From: Octopus sinensis
Lineage: Eukaryota
Reading direction: 5' to 3'
NCBI RefSeq assembly: GCF_006345805.1
Contig: NC_043000.1
Location: 161,758,001 to 161,822,000, forward strand
DNA: 64,000 nucleotides
Position 1 is the stretch's first letter. Each line of letters opens with the position of its first letter. The position numbers were made by a program, and so were the translations under genes. Below the pieces are notes generated by a model. It was not told where the DNA came from and did not search any database. It was given only the letters and a program-made list of their open reading frames with translations. Below, in pieces: positions 37,651-51,277 of this stretch.

Positions 37651-40068
37651 TATTACTGAATGAAACTAAAGAGGTTTTCAAGATAATTGTAGGTGTTGCT
37701 TAGTTTAGCTTGACTGAGCAGACCTCTGCCCCAAACCATTCCAACCATGGCCATCCTATTTTCTGTTTATGTGGAACTACATTATCCAATGAGACTTCCC
37801 TTTTTTAAGATTGTAGGGTTTAAGCGAAAAGACATTCAGCTGTCACTAGTAGCAGGGTGAACAACTATATAGAAGTTCTCTTGTGAGCTTGTTTTGAAGT
37901 TCCTTTTTATGGAGAATATTCACAATTAGAGCAACATACTTATGTTGCATATGGACAGGATTTATGTAGAAAATGTGAAAGCGGATTATAGGTAACATCC
38001 TTCTACATGTGAAAGCAAATCACTGCAGATAACAACAACCAGCTTAGTAAAGTAAAAGAAGGTTGGAATAAGAGATAACTGAGTTATCAATCTTTGCTAT
38101 TTCTTTATTTGATCATTATCCATTGTCCACAATAACCTGTTTTAGGAGAGATAAAAGGTGAGCTTGTGATATTCATGCTTTTCCCAAGAGAATTAGTAAC
38201 ATAAGTGAAATTATTCAACTAAGCAGTAATATCAAGTCATCTTGAACAAAGAAAGCTAAGACATTTATTTTCATTTAAAAAGTTAAGTAATTTTTTGTTA
38301 TCATAACAGAAAATGATAAATTTACATATGATTATATATTAAAATGAAAATTGAATATCATTTAATATATAATGATAGATTAATTAATAATTTTTTGTTT
38401 CAATAAGAAAAGATACTGTTGCTTATTCTATAGAATGAAAACAAAAATTTTAGCTTTGTTCAATCTCAATTTCAATCATGAAACAAGATTAATCTATTCT
38501 TTATTAATTCAAACAAAAACATAAAGAATCATAATCAATACTTAATACTTTCTACTTTCTTTTGCTGTCAACACTAATTTAGAAGTTATGCAAATATTGA
38601 TTTCTTGCAAGTAGGCACAAGGCCAACTATTTCAAAACAGCAAGAATATAGTTATAGGATTTAATATAAGCTAATTATTTAATCTACTCCAGAAGGATGA
38701 GAGTGAATCCAGTCCAATGGGATTTGAATTCTGAACTATTAACAAACTAGATATAGTAATTCTATCAATTTAACTGATATTCTACTAAGGTCCAATACTA
38801 CTATATCAAAAAGACTACTTTGCAATCATGTGTGGCTCCAGGTTTTATCTTACTTCATAACACTTTGGGCAAATGTCTTCTATCATCATAGTTCAAGGTT
38901 GACCTTGGGAATGAAATTATTCATCAAAAGAAATGCACCAGCTCTTATGTAGTAAACTTTATCTATTTTAATACCTGTAGGTGCTTTTAGTGCAAACCAA
39001 TTAGTTGCAAGTATTTGGACTACAGCCTCTTGTTTAAGGATATCTTTATATACTAATGTGCTGCTCCCTGCTACGGTGACACAAGAAATGTCTTTTTCCT
39101 CTCTTTTCTTCCCCAATCTCAAATGCTTTGCAAAAAATGCAAAGATGTGACACTTCTACAGACTACAATATAAGGAATGGCTTCAATTAAAGCTTAGCAA
39201 GATAGTGGCTTCTTAAGAAATATGTTAAATGCTATATGATACAACTTTAGTTGTATGATGATTAAATCACAAGGAATGAAAGAAATACTTCAGAAATGTT
39301 ATCTAAATAAACATTACAAAACACTTTTCTTACAGTATAATTTCAATTCTTTTACTTTGGAAGTAGCTTTGAACTCAGGTACAATGATGAGAGATAAATG
39401 ATACTGTTCCAATTTTGTTTTCCATTTTAGATTTTGTAGCCAAATGGTCTTTAAATCATACCCTAAATTGTTTGTTTTTTTTAATTTTCTTTTTAAAAAA
39501 GGACTTATTGGATAAAGCAGTCTTCAATACCCTATTTGAGTAAAAGCATTTCAGCCAAATAACTCTGGTCATGCTAAAGCACCACCACCACCATCACCCA
39601 GAAAAAAATCAACCACATAAGGTGTGACTGATTTCTTCTGGGTGGTGGAATTTCATATCACTGCATGTGCTTCTTTTTTCCCTAGTTGTGCTGGCTCATT
39701 TGGTTTCTGTGACACACACTCTCTCTCTCCCTCTCTCTCTCTCTCAGTGACAGTCACGACTGAAACTGGCTGAAGGATAATTCTTCATTTGTTTACCAAT
39801 AGTGGGGTAGGAATCTGTGCTGGTTGCCTTCAAAAAGGCAAAATTAAAATACTACTAAACACTTTCTCCTTAGTAAAGTATAAACTTTTTCATATTTCTT
39901 TCAAAAAACAATTAGAAACATAAGAAACCCTGGTTTTAAAATTCCCAACAAAACACTCGGTCTAAACAAAACACCTTTATTTGTACAGAAGTGCAGAGAC
40001 ACCTTCAATTTTTAGATGCTATTTTTTTTTTCCTTTCACATTTATAAATCAAAGAGCAATTTGATATC

Positions 40069-40290
40069 ACTTACGCCCGTAATTATTGCTTTGGTTGTTT
40101 ATTAAAAAAAGAATGTGCTAACAAAATCCTTACGAAGGTAGAGTCTACATTGGCCGCTGACTGGTGATGTAATTTAACCTCATGGTTAATAAAGAAATCG
40201 ACTAGTGATGTAATTTGTACGATACTGCCGCCACGAGAGAGTCATGTGTTACGTAAGGAGAATATCACAACGCATCGCTTTCGTAATCCT
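40069..40290 (-). promoter_or_regulatory. Candidate first exon/promoter with bZIP-type motifs
   Basis: GTAAGT donor at 40074-40069, locally CpG-containing, two GACT(G/A)GTGATGTAATTT copies, TTACGTAA. Confidence 0.25.
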
Positions 40291-42246
40291 TCCTATACAA
40301 TCATTTTCAGCGAGATATCGTGTTTGAATAGAAATAGATTTTCGACAGGGTAAAACAAAACAAAACGAAGCGAACTGGGTAACTAGTTAATATGAACGAG
40401 AAAACAATTATTAGATCCATCGAAAGCAAACCGAAATATTAAAACAGTTCATTATTATTCGGAAGGTTTGTTTTATAAATTAGATTACTGTTTTTTTTTA
40501 AAGCTGTCACAATAAGCATCGAGTGTGAGCGTAGTATATCAGGAAATTGTGTTTATAACCACGATCCGTTTAAAGAGCACGTTGCCCCAGAAGATAGTCC
40601 ATCCTGCGTAATGTATCCTATTTTTATGATAAAAAGAATAAACTTTTACTAACCTCTTTAATCAGATAGATAACATTATGTGTAAGAATATGATGCTAAT
40701 ATCGTTATTTATGCTAGGGTCTGTTAACGAGGTTTTATAGATTTCTCGAAAACACCCTCTTCTCTTTCTTCGTATTCTAAAGTAATATATTTGAAAATGA
40801 AAGGTGAATTCAGTGTAGGGCTGCGATAAATATTCGTATCAAGACATTCTTTTAATAATTTAACATCTAATGCCAATATGAAGTAATAAAGCTGGTCTTA
40901 TTGTCAAGGGGAGCTACCGTTCAAATAGCGAAATAGTTATTGCCCTTATATATTGCGCCTTTTTAAATATTTCCCGACTCATTTCATTACAATGCGAGAT
41001 ATTTCATAAAATACCGATTTACTTTCATCCAATGATAGCGAATATTATGTTTCTTAACTCGATTGGGTAGAAAGTCATCAACTGTCCATCAATACCGACC
41101 AAACAACTCTGAACCCAACGGAATAAACAACTAAACTCGTAGCTTAACTTTAAATCAATGGCCTAATAACATCCGTGTTTTTAATATCGTTGCCTTCGCC
41201 GCGCAAGAGAAAGGCTGAGTCAGTGGATCGACAGCATTCGGGTTGATTTTTGGCTTTCTCGGTATCGAGTTCGAGTCCAGCCAGTATGCACATGTACGCG
41301 TGCGAGCGTGTGTGTGTCAGAGAGAGAGAGACAGACAGACAGAGGTGTATGTGTAAAAGAGAGAGAGGAGTATGTGTGAAAGAGAGAGAGAGAAATGGGT
41401 GTGTATGTATGTGTAAAGTATATCTGCCGTATGTCTCCGTAGATCAAATAATTGCAGTGTACTATTTTCTATTATTTATTTTATTTTCCCACTCAGTTGG
41501 GTAGACTATCCGGGTGGCTTGGCATCTAGCAGGTCGGTCAACAATGTAGAGACATCTTTGATAGCTTCGGCACTTCATGCAGCAACGTTTATTCAGTTGA
41601 CATTAATCATTCCAAAATATTAAACCTTGTCAAAATAAATCGATGGAGTTTTGGAATAGCGCTCCCTCGGGAAAATGGCAGAGGCTCCTTTCACTTCATT
41701 TCTTTTTTTTTTTTTTTTTTTGGTAAGAATTCCGATGTTTCACTGAAAGTTACTATTTTGAAAAGAATTGTTTTCTAAAAATTTCAATTTCTTTTCATCT
41801 TTACCGTCATTTCCTAACCTGTTTTTTTTTCCCTCTCTCATGACGTATGAAACTTCGAGAGATGGCTATTCCCTAACTTCCCCAGTAAATAAATTCATGA
41901 CCAGTCAGCATTGTGATTAGCAGTGTGTGTGTGTGTGTGTGTGTGTGCGTGTGCGCGCGCGTGTGTGTGCGTGTGCGTGTGCGTGTGCGTGTGCGTGTGT
42001 GTGTGGGTGTAGTGGGTGAGAAGACGCTAGTACCAGCGTAGAATAGATAAGCATTAGTGTATTCAGACTGGTCAGGTTCTTAAAATTCAGACTTCCTGAT
42101 CAGCAGAACAAGAGTTCGCTGTAATAAACACACAGCGTGAACGAGTAATAAAAGAAAAAAGACGAACAGATATTTATTCATGGCAGGCATTCATATAAAA
42201 TGAGATGGTACATAAAGATATTCATATTACATAATGAAGATATATC

Positions 42247-42429
42247 TACACTATTTACATTTGACGGATATTTGTCCTCGTCTTGTTTGTTGTTAGCACA
42301 ACGTTTCGGCTGATATACCCCCCCCCCATCCTTCATCAGCTAGATTTAGGCTGGAGAGCATATCAACGGAAACGTTGTGCTAACAACAAACAAGATGAGG
42401 ACAAATATCCGTCAAATGTAAATAGTGTA
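42247..42429. repeat. ~70-bp near-perfect inverted repeat enclosing a hammerhead-like core
   Basis: Arms 42247-42316 and 42360-42429; minus strand CTGATGA at 42339-42333 and GAAAC at 42307-42303. Confidence 0.9.
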
Positions 42430-43210
42430 CATAATTCCTCATCTCTTAACTATAGAACTGAAGATATATCTTTACAGCCGTTTCAAAATTCAATGCGTTA
42501 TATAGTATAATTCATATTATGCAAATAGGCGTTGAAAATGAAGCAATAATTATACATTGCAAATGTCATAAATATGAACTCACATAAAGCATGATACGTT
42601 AATATCTTGAAGCTGGAAACGCCGTATATTTTCGTCAGAAAGATTAGTGGCAATTGCCAATGTAATAGTAGTAGGCCACATATTTTGGTTATACACAGGT
42701 ATCAATAAAAATATGAAGAAAAAGGAGGATAATTATTAATGGAGAGATAAATACTTGGAAACAAGTGGAAAATAACGTAAAGTCAAGAAAAAATATTTTA
42801 GTAAAAACTGAGGAAAGGGGATTAGAATAAGAAGGAATATAGAAAAAGGAAGAGAAGAATAAGAGCAAAAGAAAAGAATAAAAAGACAATTGAGAAGCTT
42901 AACTATTGAGGCAGGTCGAAAATTTAAGTTTGAGGAATTTAGAGTAAAGAGGGTTGATCAAAGTAAATTATTAAAAAGAAAGGGAATATGGCAAACAAAA
43001 AGCCCCCTGTTATGTAAAAGAGGTAGTTTAACTGATTTAGTATAAATATCTAAACGTGAGTGTAAGAATGGAATCGCTAGAAAAATATTCAATAATTTTT
43101 AAAAAACCTTAATGGAGATGTAAATATATAAAGATTTACTATAACCAAAGAAAATGTAATTAAGTAATTAGAAACAAAGTATGAATGACTTTAAAATTCA
43201 ATTCCAATTA

Positions 43211-43503
43211 TGTTTGTTCCTTCTTGAGCCATGCCTGGTTCATAAGGGCCGTTTTCCCGGTTTCCTTGACGTATAGGTTGCCCACTTGGACGGGACGCCG
43301 GTCCGTCGCAGGTGAGCTGCAAGGAAAGAGTGAGAGAAAGTTGTAGCGAAAGAGTCAGCAGAAGATCGCCATTACCTTCTGCCGGAACCACGTGGAGCTT
43401 AGATGTTTTGCTCATAAACACACATATCGCCCGGTCTGAGATTCAAACCCGCAGTCCCTTGACCACGAGTCCGCTGCTCTAACCACTAGGTCATGTGCCT
43501 CCA
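43211..43503 (-). mobile_element. SINE family V, full length, 12-bp TSD
   Basis: TSD CAATTCCAATTA at 43199-43210 and 43504-43515. Confidence 0.9.
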
Positions 43504-43519
43504 CAATTCCAATTAAGAC

Positions 43520-44212
43520 GGGTGATAATTTTAACTATGCCAAGTAATTAAACAGATGAAAGTGAGATATATAAAAAGCAGAATGTCGATCAGAATACAA
43601 GCTTATAGTTATCTAGGTCGAGTGGAGCACGTTGATCTAGGGCAAAAAAGGAAAATGTTTTGAAGGATCTGTGCCTGCAGAATGTTAATATGTAGACCTT
43701 AATTTTTGTGTAACATCTCAAGGGATTCTCTAGTGGACAAATTAAATGCAGTGTGACCACAATATAAGACTACCAGCCTTAACTATAGACCAAGCACTGT
43801 AGGAAATGTATTAGCCTTGAGATTTTGTAGGAAATACTATTAGCCTCGAAATGGCTGATATTCTTGGCCAGTTAAGTAGATTCATCATAGAACGCGATAA
43901 CATTTGTTAAGTATCGTCTCTTAAAATCAGTAGAAGACACTGTGTATAGTTTAGTTGAATTTGCGTGCATAGCATAGACAGTGCACTTATAAACGACGTT
44001 ATTTTGCAAGTAATGGTCTCTCATAGGAGAATTATTGGGTATTCTACAATTACATTTCTTATTTCAACTCAAGTTACAGTTAACTGTGAGTGGTCATTAC
44101 TTACCTTTATCATCATTATTGTTATTATTACTATTATTGTTGCTGTTATTATTACTGTTATAGCTATTATACTTATCACAGTTGCCACTACTCAAGAATG
44201 TTTTATTATTGT

Positions 44213-44267
<55 letters not shown>

Positions 44268-45650
44268 TAAGGCAGCGAGTTGCAGAATCGTTAGCACACC
44301 GGACAAAATTCTTTGCGATATTTCGTCCGTCTTTACTTTCTTAGTTCAAATTCCATTGAGATCGATTTTGCCCTTCATCCTAGTTGAGTACTGGAGTCTG
44401 TGTAATTGAATCTCTCTGTCCCTCAAAATTCAGGTCTTGTGCCTCTAGCAGAAAAGATTATTTAAAATGGCGAACTCGCAGAATCGTTATAGCGCCGGAC
44501 AAAATGTTTCGCAATCTTCTGGTTTTACGTTCTGACTTCAAATTCAGCTGAGGCCAACTTTGCCTTTCATCTTTTCGGGATCAATAAGACAAGTACTAAT
44601 TGGGACCTGAAGTCGATGTCATCGACTTGTCCCCATCTCAAAGTTCCTGGCTTTGAGCCAAATTTATAAAGAATTTAGAAAGTATTTTTTGTAGAATTAC
44701 TTCAAGATACATCAGAGTTACCATCTATTTGAAGCTGCGATGTGCATACAAGATTAGGTGTGATAGAATAAGGAAGCTTAATTGTGGACTAGTAATTATG
44801 TTGAGATGGGAAATTTGATTTTAGAATACAGAAGAACAGTTTAGTTAAAGACTTGTAAACAAATAGGTAGTGCAAGACATAAGACCTCATGCCTTCGAAT
44901 CTTATTGCATTTTCCTGATATTTTGAAGTGGAGAAAATTACACTAGGCTAGACAAATATTAGGTTTTCCAAAGCCATCATCCACTAGGGTATTTGTGGGC
45001 ATAGCTGGAGGCTAACTGTTAGTAGAGAGGAGTGTATTCTACGTAAAGTTCTATAGCAGTGAGAATTGGAGGTTTAATTTTTTTTTTTTTACCTTAGATA
45101 TATTTTTTGTATTAGTGGCCTTATTAGGATTAACAATAGAGCAATTGTTCTACTGTAAGTTGTCCAAGCATAATTTTGAACTAGTGTTGCGAATGCAAGA
45201 TATTTCAGAGAAACCACTGTGTGTAGGTCCTGATAACAGTATGAGACGTGATTATTGAAGATATTTTCATTTGCGAAAAGGTTAGGAATCCTAATCTAGA
45301 CACTGTCAATAACGCTATTCAAGACAGATCTATGGTGATTAGATTTAACATGAATATATCGAAGGTATTTTGGGGGTTTATGAAAGGGATAGTATAAGCC
45401 CGAGTTCAAATCTAAAGTAACGTCAAAGAAGTTGGCCACTTCAAAAGTATTGTTGAAAACGATAGATTCATAGTAATTGCGAAGAACTTATAAAGAGCTT
45501 TCCACACATACTTAGAATACCAGGTGGATACGAGCAAAGCAGCGTCTCAATAGAAACCATCCTCAATTTAAGGAAAATGTATGCTGAGTTGACATGGTAG
45601 AAAAAAGCCTGCCAGGTTTATGATATGCGCGGAATCCCAAGATCCTATTG
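43520..45650 (-). mobile_element. Degenerate Penelope-like element (RT thumb and GIY-YIG endonuclease)
   Basis: 'ANFFDVTLDLNSGLYYPFHKP..YIHVKSNH' near 45300-45450; 'KCNCRIPNNSPM..NNVVYKCTV..KLYT..DFKRRY' near 43870-44070. Confidence 0.7.
44268..44670 (+). mobile_element. Head-to-tail dimer of older SINE family M, after an (AGT)n tract
   Basis: Two diverged units starting near 44268 and 44468. Confidence 0.75.
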
Positions 45651-45739
45651 TAATATCAAAATAATCGTTGGTAGCCATTCGTTTAATAATTTCATATCTA
45701 CATCTAAACGAAACAGCGTCTTATATATATAATATATAT

Positions 45740-45792
<53 letters not shown>

Positions 45793-47835
45793 GATGAAAT
45801 CAGCTGTGCAGCCAAAGGAGGTACTAGTCAAACTTGTATAGCCCGTGATTTTCGCACACAAAAACGTATATAAACTCTGCTTTATGTTTGAGAGTTTTAC
45901 TAATTCGATATTTGTCACATTGCTGACAATAAGACTGTAAATTTTTAAAGTTTAAGTTGTTTGTCTATTTGAAATGCCACCTTGAATATATAATATATTC
46001 AGTTCAAATACAGAGTATTTACGAAACAATTAGAAAGTTAAGTTTAACGCAGTTTTAATTTTCAGAAAAATAAATGTTGCATTAGGCGCTTTCTAATTAC
46101 GTAAATTATTAGAATTTAGGTCATCTTTCCAAGCGAAAGGTTGATAAATTATCTTTTGATATTGTTTAACTAACAGCGTTTATTTTATTTCATATTTTAC
46201 AAACTCGGTATACAAACTTACTTCGACAACAACACCATAAACAAGGTTCCTAATCAAGGTTCTGCTTTTACCATTAAAATGTCTTTCTGGTTGATTTGAG
46301 GGAGACTTGGATGCCTGCCAAAGGGAAATTATTTTTACTATAATTTTCTTTCCTATATTAATGTAACATTTCAGTAAAATATCTTCGTCAAAAATTCCTC
46401 ATACATAAACAATGTGGTAAAGGATAAGTTTCAGTGACTTATTTTCATCCACGATATGGCAAGTTTTCCCAATTTTCTTATCCCAATTGTTGCATAACAC
46501 AGTTAAGTGGAAAATAATATATTTACCTTATGCAGAATTGCTTGTTTTACTGACTGCGATTTCTCTTAGTTACCTTTTCTTTTTTCTCTTTTTGTGAAAT
46601 GTTTATCAGAAATAGTTTCAAGTGGTAGAAGGAACTACATTCAATGAATCGTAAAAGCTTTAAACCACAATTAACTGTATTTCTGACTGAAGGTTTTAGC
46701 AAATCTGTCGCTATTTTTATTAACCTTCAATTCATTCTCTTTGCCCTTATCTTTTACCATTCATTACACAGTCTCTTTGGGAGCAAAATATTCGTGACCA
46801 TCGTTTCTGGTGGCATGTGAGGAGCAGCAAAATACTTTGACCAAATATGAAATACTAGCCATACTTTATCTTTATTGCATATGTAAATTCAACAACTGAA
46901 TTCATTGTATTATAATTCGTTTCCCCAAGTAAATCACTAGAAAATCGTCCTGATCTGAGGACCGGTTTGCATAATAATGAAGATTTCTCCCGTTTGTAAA
47001 ATCAAACCTGAAAGAGAGAGGATAGATGTATTTCCTTACTATTCAATGCAAATAATAGGATATCTGTTCAAGTCTAGTCAAAGTTAAATATTCCAGTGTA
47101 CGTAAAGGTTTTTTCTTTCTTATCATTTGTAGATGAACATTTCGTTATGTATATATTTAAATAGTACAACCTATGACTAATCTATATTTATTAGATGAGT
47201 GAAAGTATATAAGTTGAATTCTTCAAAGTTTTAAATAAACTACATGCATTCAGGAAAAATTAAATGGAAAACCATTACTAAAAGCTTTTACAAATGTACT
47301 TCATGAATGAAGTGCAAAACAATGCCCCCACAATGATTATTTTGGTGGCTACGTTGCATTTTCATCTTTCTTCATGAGATTCTAGGTTCCACAAGACCTT
47401 TATCAGAACTCAATGCGTTCTGTCCATCATTATGAGCAGCCAGAGCTATTTCTACATTGACACGTGATACAAATTGGTTTGATATTGATCTTGAGTTCCT
47501 GGTGCACTAAAAGCCACAGAAATGATCAGAATTGATTTCCTGAGTCATCAAATTAAAGTCGAAGGAATTGCTAAAACATATTATGAAGAATGCTTTTTGG
47601 AAAAACAATCGAAGGTTTATTTTTAATTCAATTAATTTCCAGGAAAGAAGTCTTCACCGCACTCCTCTGCATGAAGACAGTTTCTTCATGAAAAGATATA
47701 ATTTTCTTCTGTAGTTTTCACAGACTGATCCAGAACTGCTGAAAGGGTAATTCTAAATTAAATGTCCTTGCTAAAATAGTAGTTTCAAAATTGCATACTT
47801 TAAAATAAAATGATTCTACTGCTCGTTCAACTTAC

Positions 47836-47945
47836 CAAATTACAGTTCCTTGTGACAAAGACTCAGTTTGCTGCAATGATGACAACAGCAGAATGGCAAA
47901 AATAAATTTTGTGTCTATGATTTCATCTCTTGGCCTGGACCAATA
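47836..47945 (-). other. Candidate 110-nt internal exon
   Basis: Acceptor CCTTTGCTTTAG, donor TG|GTAAGT. Confidence 0.3.
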
Positions 47946-48309
47946 CTAAAGCAAAGGTATGTGTATGAAGCTACTGATCATTTTATGATCAGCTATATAA
48001 GAGATTATCTTTTAGTGGCAATGTTGAATTTTTTTATCATAAAGAGCTGCTTTTATGAATATGCTGGCATTCATTTTTTTCATTTGGGAGACAGTGATAG
48101 AGCTGAAGCTTATTACATATGCAGCAACAGTACTGAGAGACTTGTGACTGGAATGATTTTTCTGTTTTATGTTGGTTGGCAAAGGGAAGGAACAATCTGA
48201 TTCTGTTGTCAAATAGAGGTTCCCAAAAGTATTGGGTTTTTTTATTGAAAGAACATAAAATAATAGATCAAGATTTTTATAACTCATTGGTGTCTCTTCA
48301 ATAAACATA

Positions 48310-48400
<91 letters not shown>
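48310..48400. repeat. (CA)n microsatellite
   Basis: Visible. Confidence 0.95.
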
Positions 48401-48403
<3 letters not shown>

Positions 48404-48408
48404 ATGTA

Positions 48409-48650
48409 CAGGGTGCAATGAATATATTGTTGTCTAAATTACGCAAAAATGAAAATAACACTGATATCTCATTTTAACAGATATATTTACCAAAATTACA
48501 TAAAAGTATCTTGAAATATTAAAGAGTAAATTTATTAAATAAAATCGCCATTGGCTTCAACCATGGCCTCCAGACAACTTCAGAATCTCCTGCAACTCTT
48601 CTGGGCGGTCTCCTTGTTTAAGTTGGCGAATGCTGCCAAAATCCTATCTG
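48409..48650 (-). mobile_element. Tc1/mariner-superfamily 3' end with TIR
   Basis: 'RILAAFANLNKETAQKSCRRF*SCLEAMVEANGDFI'; terminus TA|CAGGGTG. Confidence 0.75.
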
Positions 48651-48651
48651 A

Positions 48652-48850
48652 ATGTGATTGACTCGTTCTTGTACCGGTGGAATGTAAAATGCACCCATTA
48701 CGCTCTCAGAGTGGTTAGCATTAAGAAGGGCATCCAGCTGTGGGAACATTGCCAGTCAAATTTGAGCCTGGTGCAGCCACTGGTTCTCCAGGTCTCGGTC
48801 AAGCCACCCAACCTATGCCAGCAAAGAAAATGGACGTTAAAATATGAGCA
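48652..48850 (+). mobile_element. RTE 3'UTR fragment
   Basis: GGTTAGCATTAAGAAGGGCATCCAGC...AATGGACGTTAAA. Confidence 0.75.
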
Positions 48851-48920
48851 TATATGTTTATTATTAATAATTGGCAGAAGTAACAGAGTGTCTCAAGGGC
48901 AAATGTCTCATGTTCCTTAC

Positions 48921-48937
48921 CAGTATTCTTTGAAAAT
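48921..48937 (-). other. Candidate 17-nt micro-exon
   Basis: Acceptor TTTTCTTGTTTCAG, donor TG|GTAAGG. Confidence 0.25.
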
Positions 48938-49010
48938 CTGAAACAAGAAAATCAGCAAGAGTATAACAATTTTTTAAAATACATTCATACACACCAGGGG
49001 CACCAAAATA

Positions 49011-49189
49011 TAGGTGCAGGAGTGGCTGTGTAGTAAGTAGCTTGCTTACGAACTACATGGTCCAAAGTTCATTCCCACTGCATGGAACCTCGGGCAAGTG
49101 TCTTCTACTATAACCTCAGGCCGACCAAAGACTTGTGAGTGGATTTGGTAGACGGAAACTGAAAGAAGCCCATCGTATATATGTATTTG

Positions 49190-49274
<85 letters not shown>

Positions 49275-49490
49275 TGTCTGTCTGTCTTTGTCCCCCCAAC
49301 ATCTCTTGACAACCGATGCTGGTGTGTTTACGTCCCCATAACTTGGCGGTTCAGCAAAAAGAGACCGATAGAATAAGTACTAGGCTTACAAAGAATAAGT
49401 CCTGGGGTTGATTTGCTCGACTAAAGGCAGTGCTCCAGTATGGCCACAGTCACATGACTGAAACAAGTAAAAGAGTAAAAGAGAAAGAGA
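49011..49490 (+). mobile_element. SINE family C (CORE-like centre, internal microsatellite, CR1-type tail)
   Basis: Head AGGTGCAGGAGTGGCTGTG; CCTCGGGCAAGTGTCTT; tail GGCAGTGCTCCAGTATGGCCACAGTC..GACTGAAAC. Confidence 0.88.
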
Positions 49491-50390
49491 GTAGGTACAT
49501 ATATACATGCATGAGTAAATACATACGTATGTGAGGGTTCTAGTTTAGCACTGTAATTGTTTAAGGGGTGTGTGTCATGCAATGATGTTTTCTTGAGACA
49601 TGCTCACGGTTTTTCTTCACAGTTTTAGAAGATATAAAAATGGATTTAAACTATATTTTATTATAGCGGTTGATAGTTAGGATCTTAAAATTAACATTAA
49701 AGTCTAGGGGCAATTCATCAAAGTTTGTCCTTTAGCCCATTGTTGTTGTTAGCAACGTTTCCATATTTCTTTTGTTACTTAACAGAAGTGATATACCAAC
49801 ATATTTTCTTTGATGAAAGAGAATTAAATTTGATATACAGGAATATATCAGAAAAAAAAAGCTTATCAGAATTTGTTAAATATTTTTGTTTACAAAATTA
49901 TGAAGTGACAGCTGTCACTGTATCTAGTCATAAGATATGGGTCACCAAATAATGATTTCAGAGTGTGTATCAAGTAAAATCAAGCACACATGTAAATTTT
50001 CAATATTACTTAGTATTAGCGACAGAAACAGTTTACTACTTAACTCATTAGCATTTAAACTGACCATATCCAGCCCAAATATACTATCTCTGATTTTGCT
50101 CAAACCAGTCAAATCCAGCTTTTCACACCTGCACTAATTTGTCATTCCAAAGATATACAATCATTGAAATATTTAAGCAGTGAGATAACATATGAGTAAT
50201 TTAAAACATTGTAAATAATTAAACATTAAATTTGACGAAGTAATCTGAAAGTCAAAGGGTCAAAGCAGTATATAATTAAGTTTCATTAGTTTGATGAGTT
50301 TATTTCAGATCCATTTATTAACCTAAGCTAGCCTCTACATGATTGCTTAACTACTAGAAACAGTAACCAAACCGCCTTCGAATCACACCC

Positions 50391-50409
<19 letters not shown>

Positions 50410-50475
<66 letters not shown>

Positions 50476-50645
50476 GACGGGCTTTTTTCAGTTTCCATCT
50501 ACCAAATCCATTCACAAACCTTTTGTCAGCCATGGGCTATAGTAGAACGCACTTGCCCAAGGTTCAACGCAGTGGGACTGAACCCAGAACCATGTGGTTG
50601 GGAAGCAAGCTTCTTACCACACAGCCACTCTGTGCCTATGCACAG
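50410..50645 (-). mobile_element. SINE family C, 5' half
   Basis: Reverse-complement match to the 49011 head. Confidence 0.8.
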
Positions 50646-50664
50646 CCACACTATATATTTTCTA

Positions 50665-51030
50665 TCATCATCATCATTTAGCATCCATTTTCCATACTGG
50701 CATGGGTTCGACAGTTCAACTGGAACTGGTAAACCAGAGAGTTGTACCAGTTTGATTTGGTTTGGTTTCTATGGCTTGATGCCCTTCCTAATGCCAACCA
50801 CTCTAAGAGTATAGTGGTGCCTTTTACATTTCGCCAGCACTGGCCACAACAATGATTTCACTTGGCCTGACATGTCTTCTCAAGCACAACAAATTGCCAG
50901 TGGGTTTCATCATTTGTCATGGCCACCGTGAGACTCAAAATCCAAAGATCGTGTTTCATCACCTTGTCCCATGTCTTCCTGGGTCTTCCTCTTCCACAGG
51001 TTCCCTCCACAGTTAGAGATCGGCACAGGT
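50665..51030 (-). mobile_element. Older RTE 3' fragment
   Basis: (CAT)n, GATGCCCTTCCTAATGCCAACC, and ORF end 'TCGRGRPRKTWD'. Confidence 0.75.
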
Positions 51031-51277
51031 GAAATGCTTTTGATCACAGGACTCCTTGATCAGGGTTGCTCAGGGTTTAAGCAAGAAAACCATCAACCTA
51101 TTATAGACCAGCATACTAATAAAGATGTGTCTTAGACAGACAATGTTAAGGATTTAGAAAGAGGCTTCAGTACATCTTCCTACAATGCAAGATTCTACCT
51201 AATGGCAAGTATTGTAAGAGAATCAAGAGTGAAAGATTCTGTATATGTGTGTGTGTGTGGTGTGTGTGTGTATGTAT

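Noticed and set aside
30690-37700. LTRs for the Gypsy element
   Set aside because: No matching direct repeats, PBS or PPT found by eye at either end
40360-40390. Helitron-like 3' end (GCGAACTGGGTAACTAGT)
   Set aside because: No clear hairpin or matching 5' end
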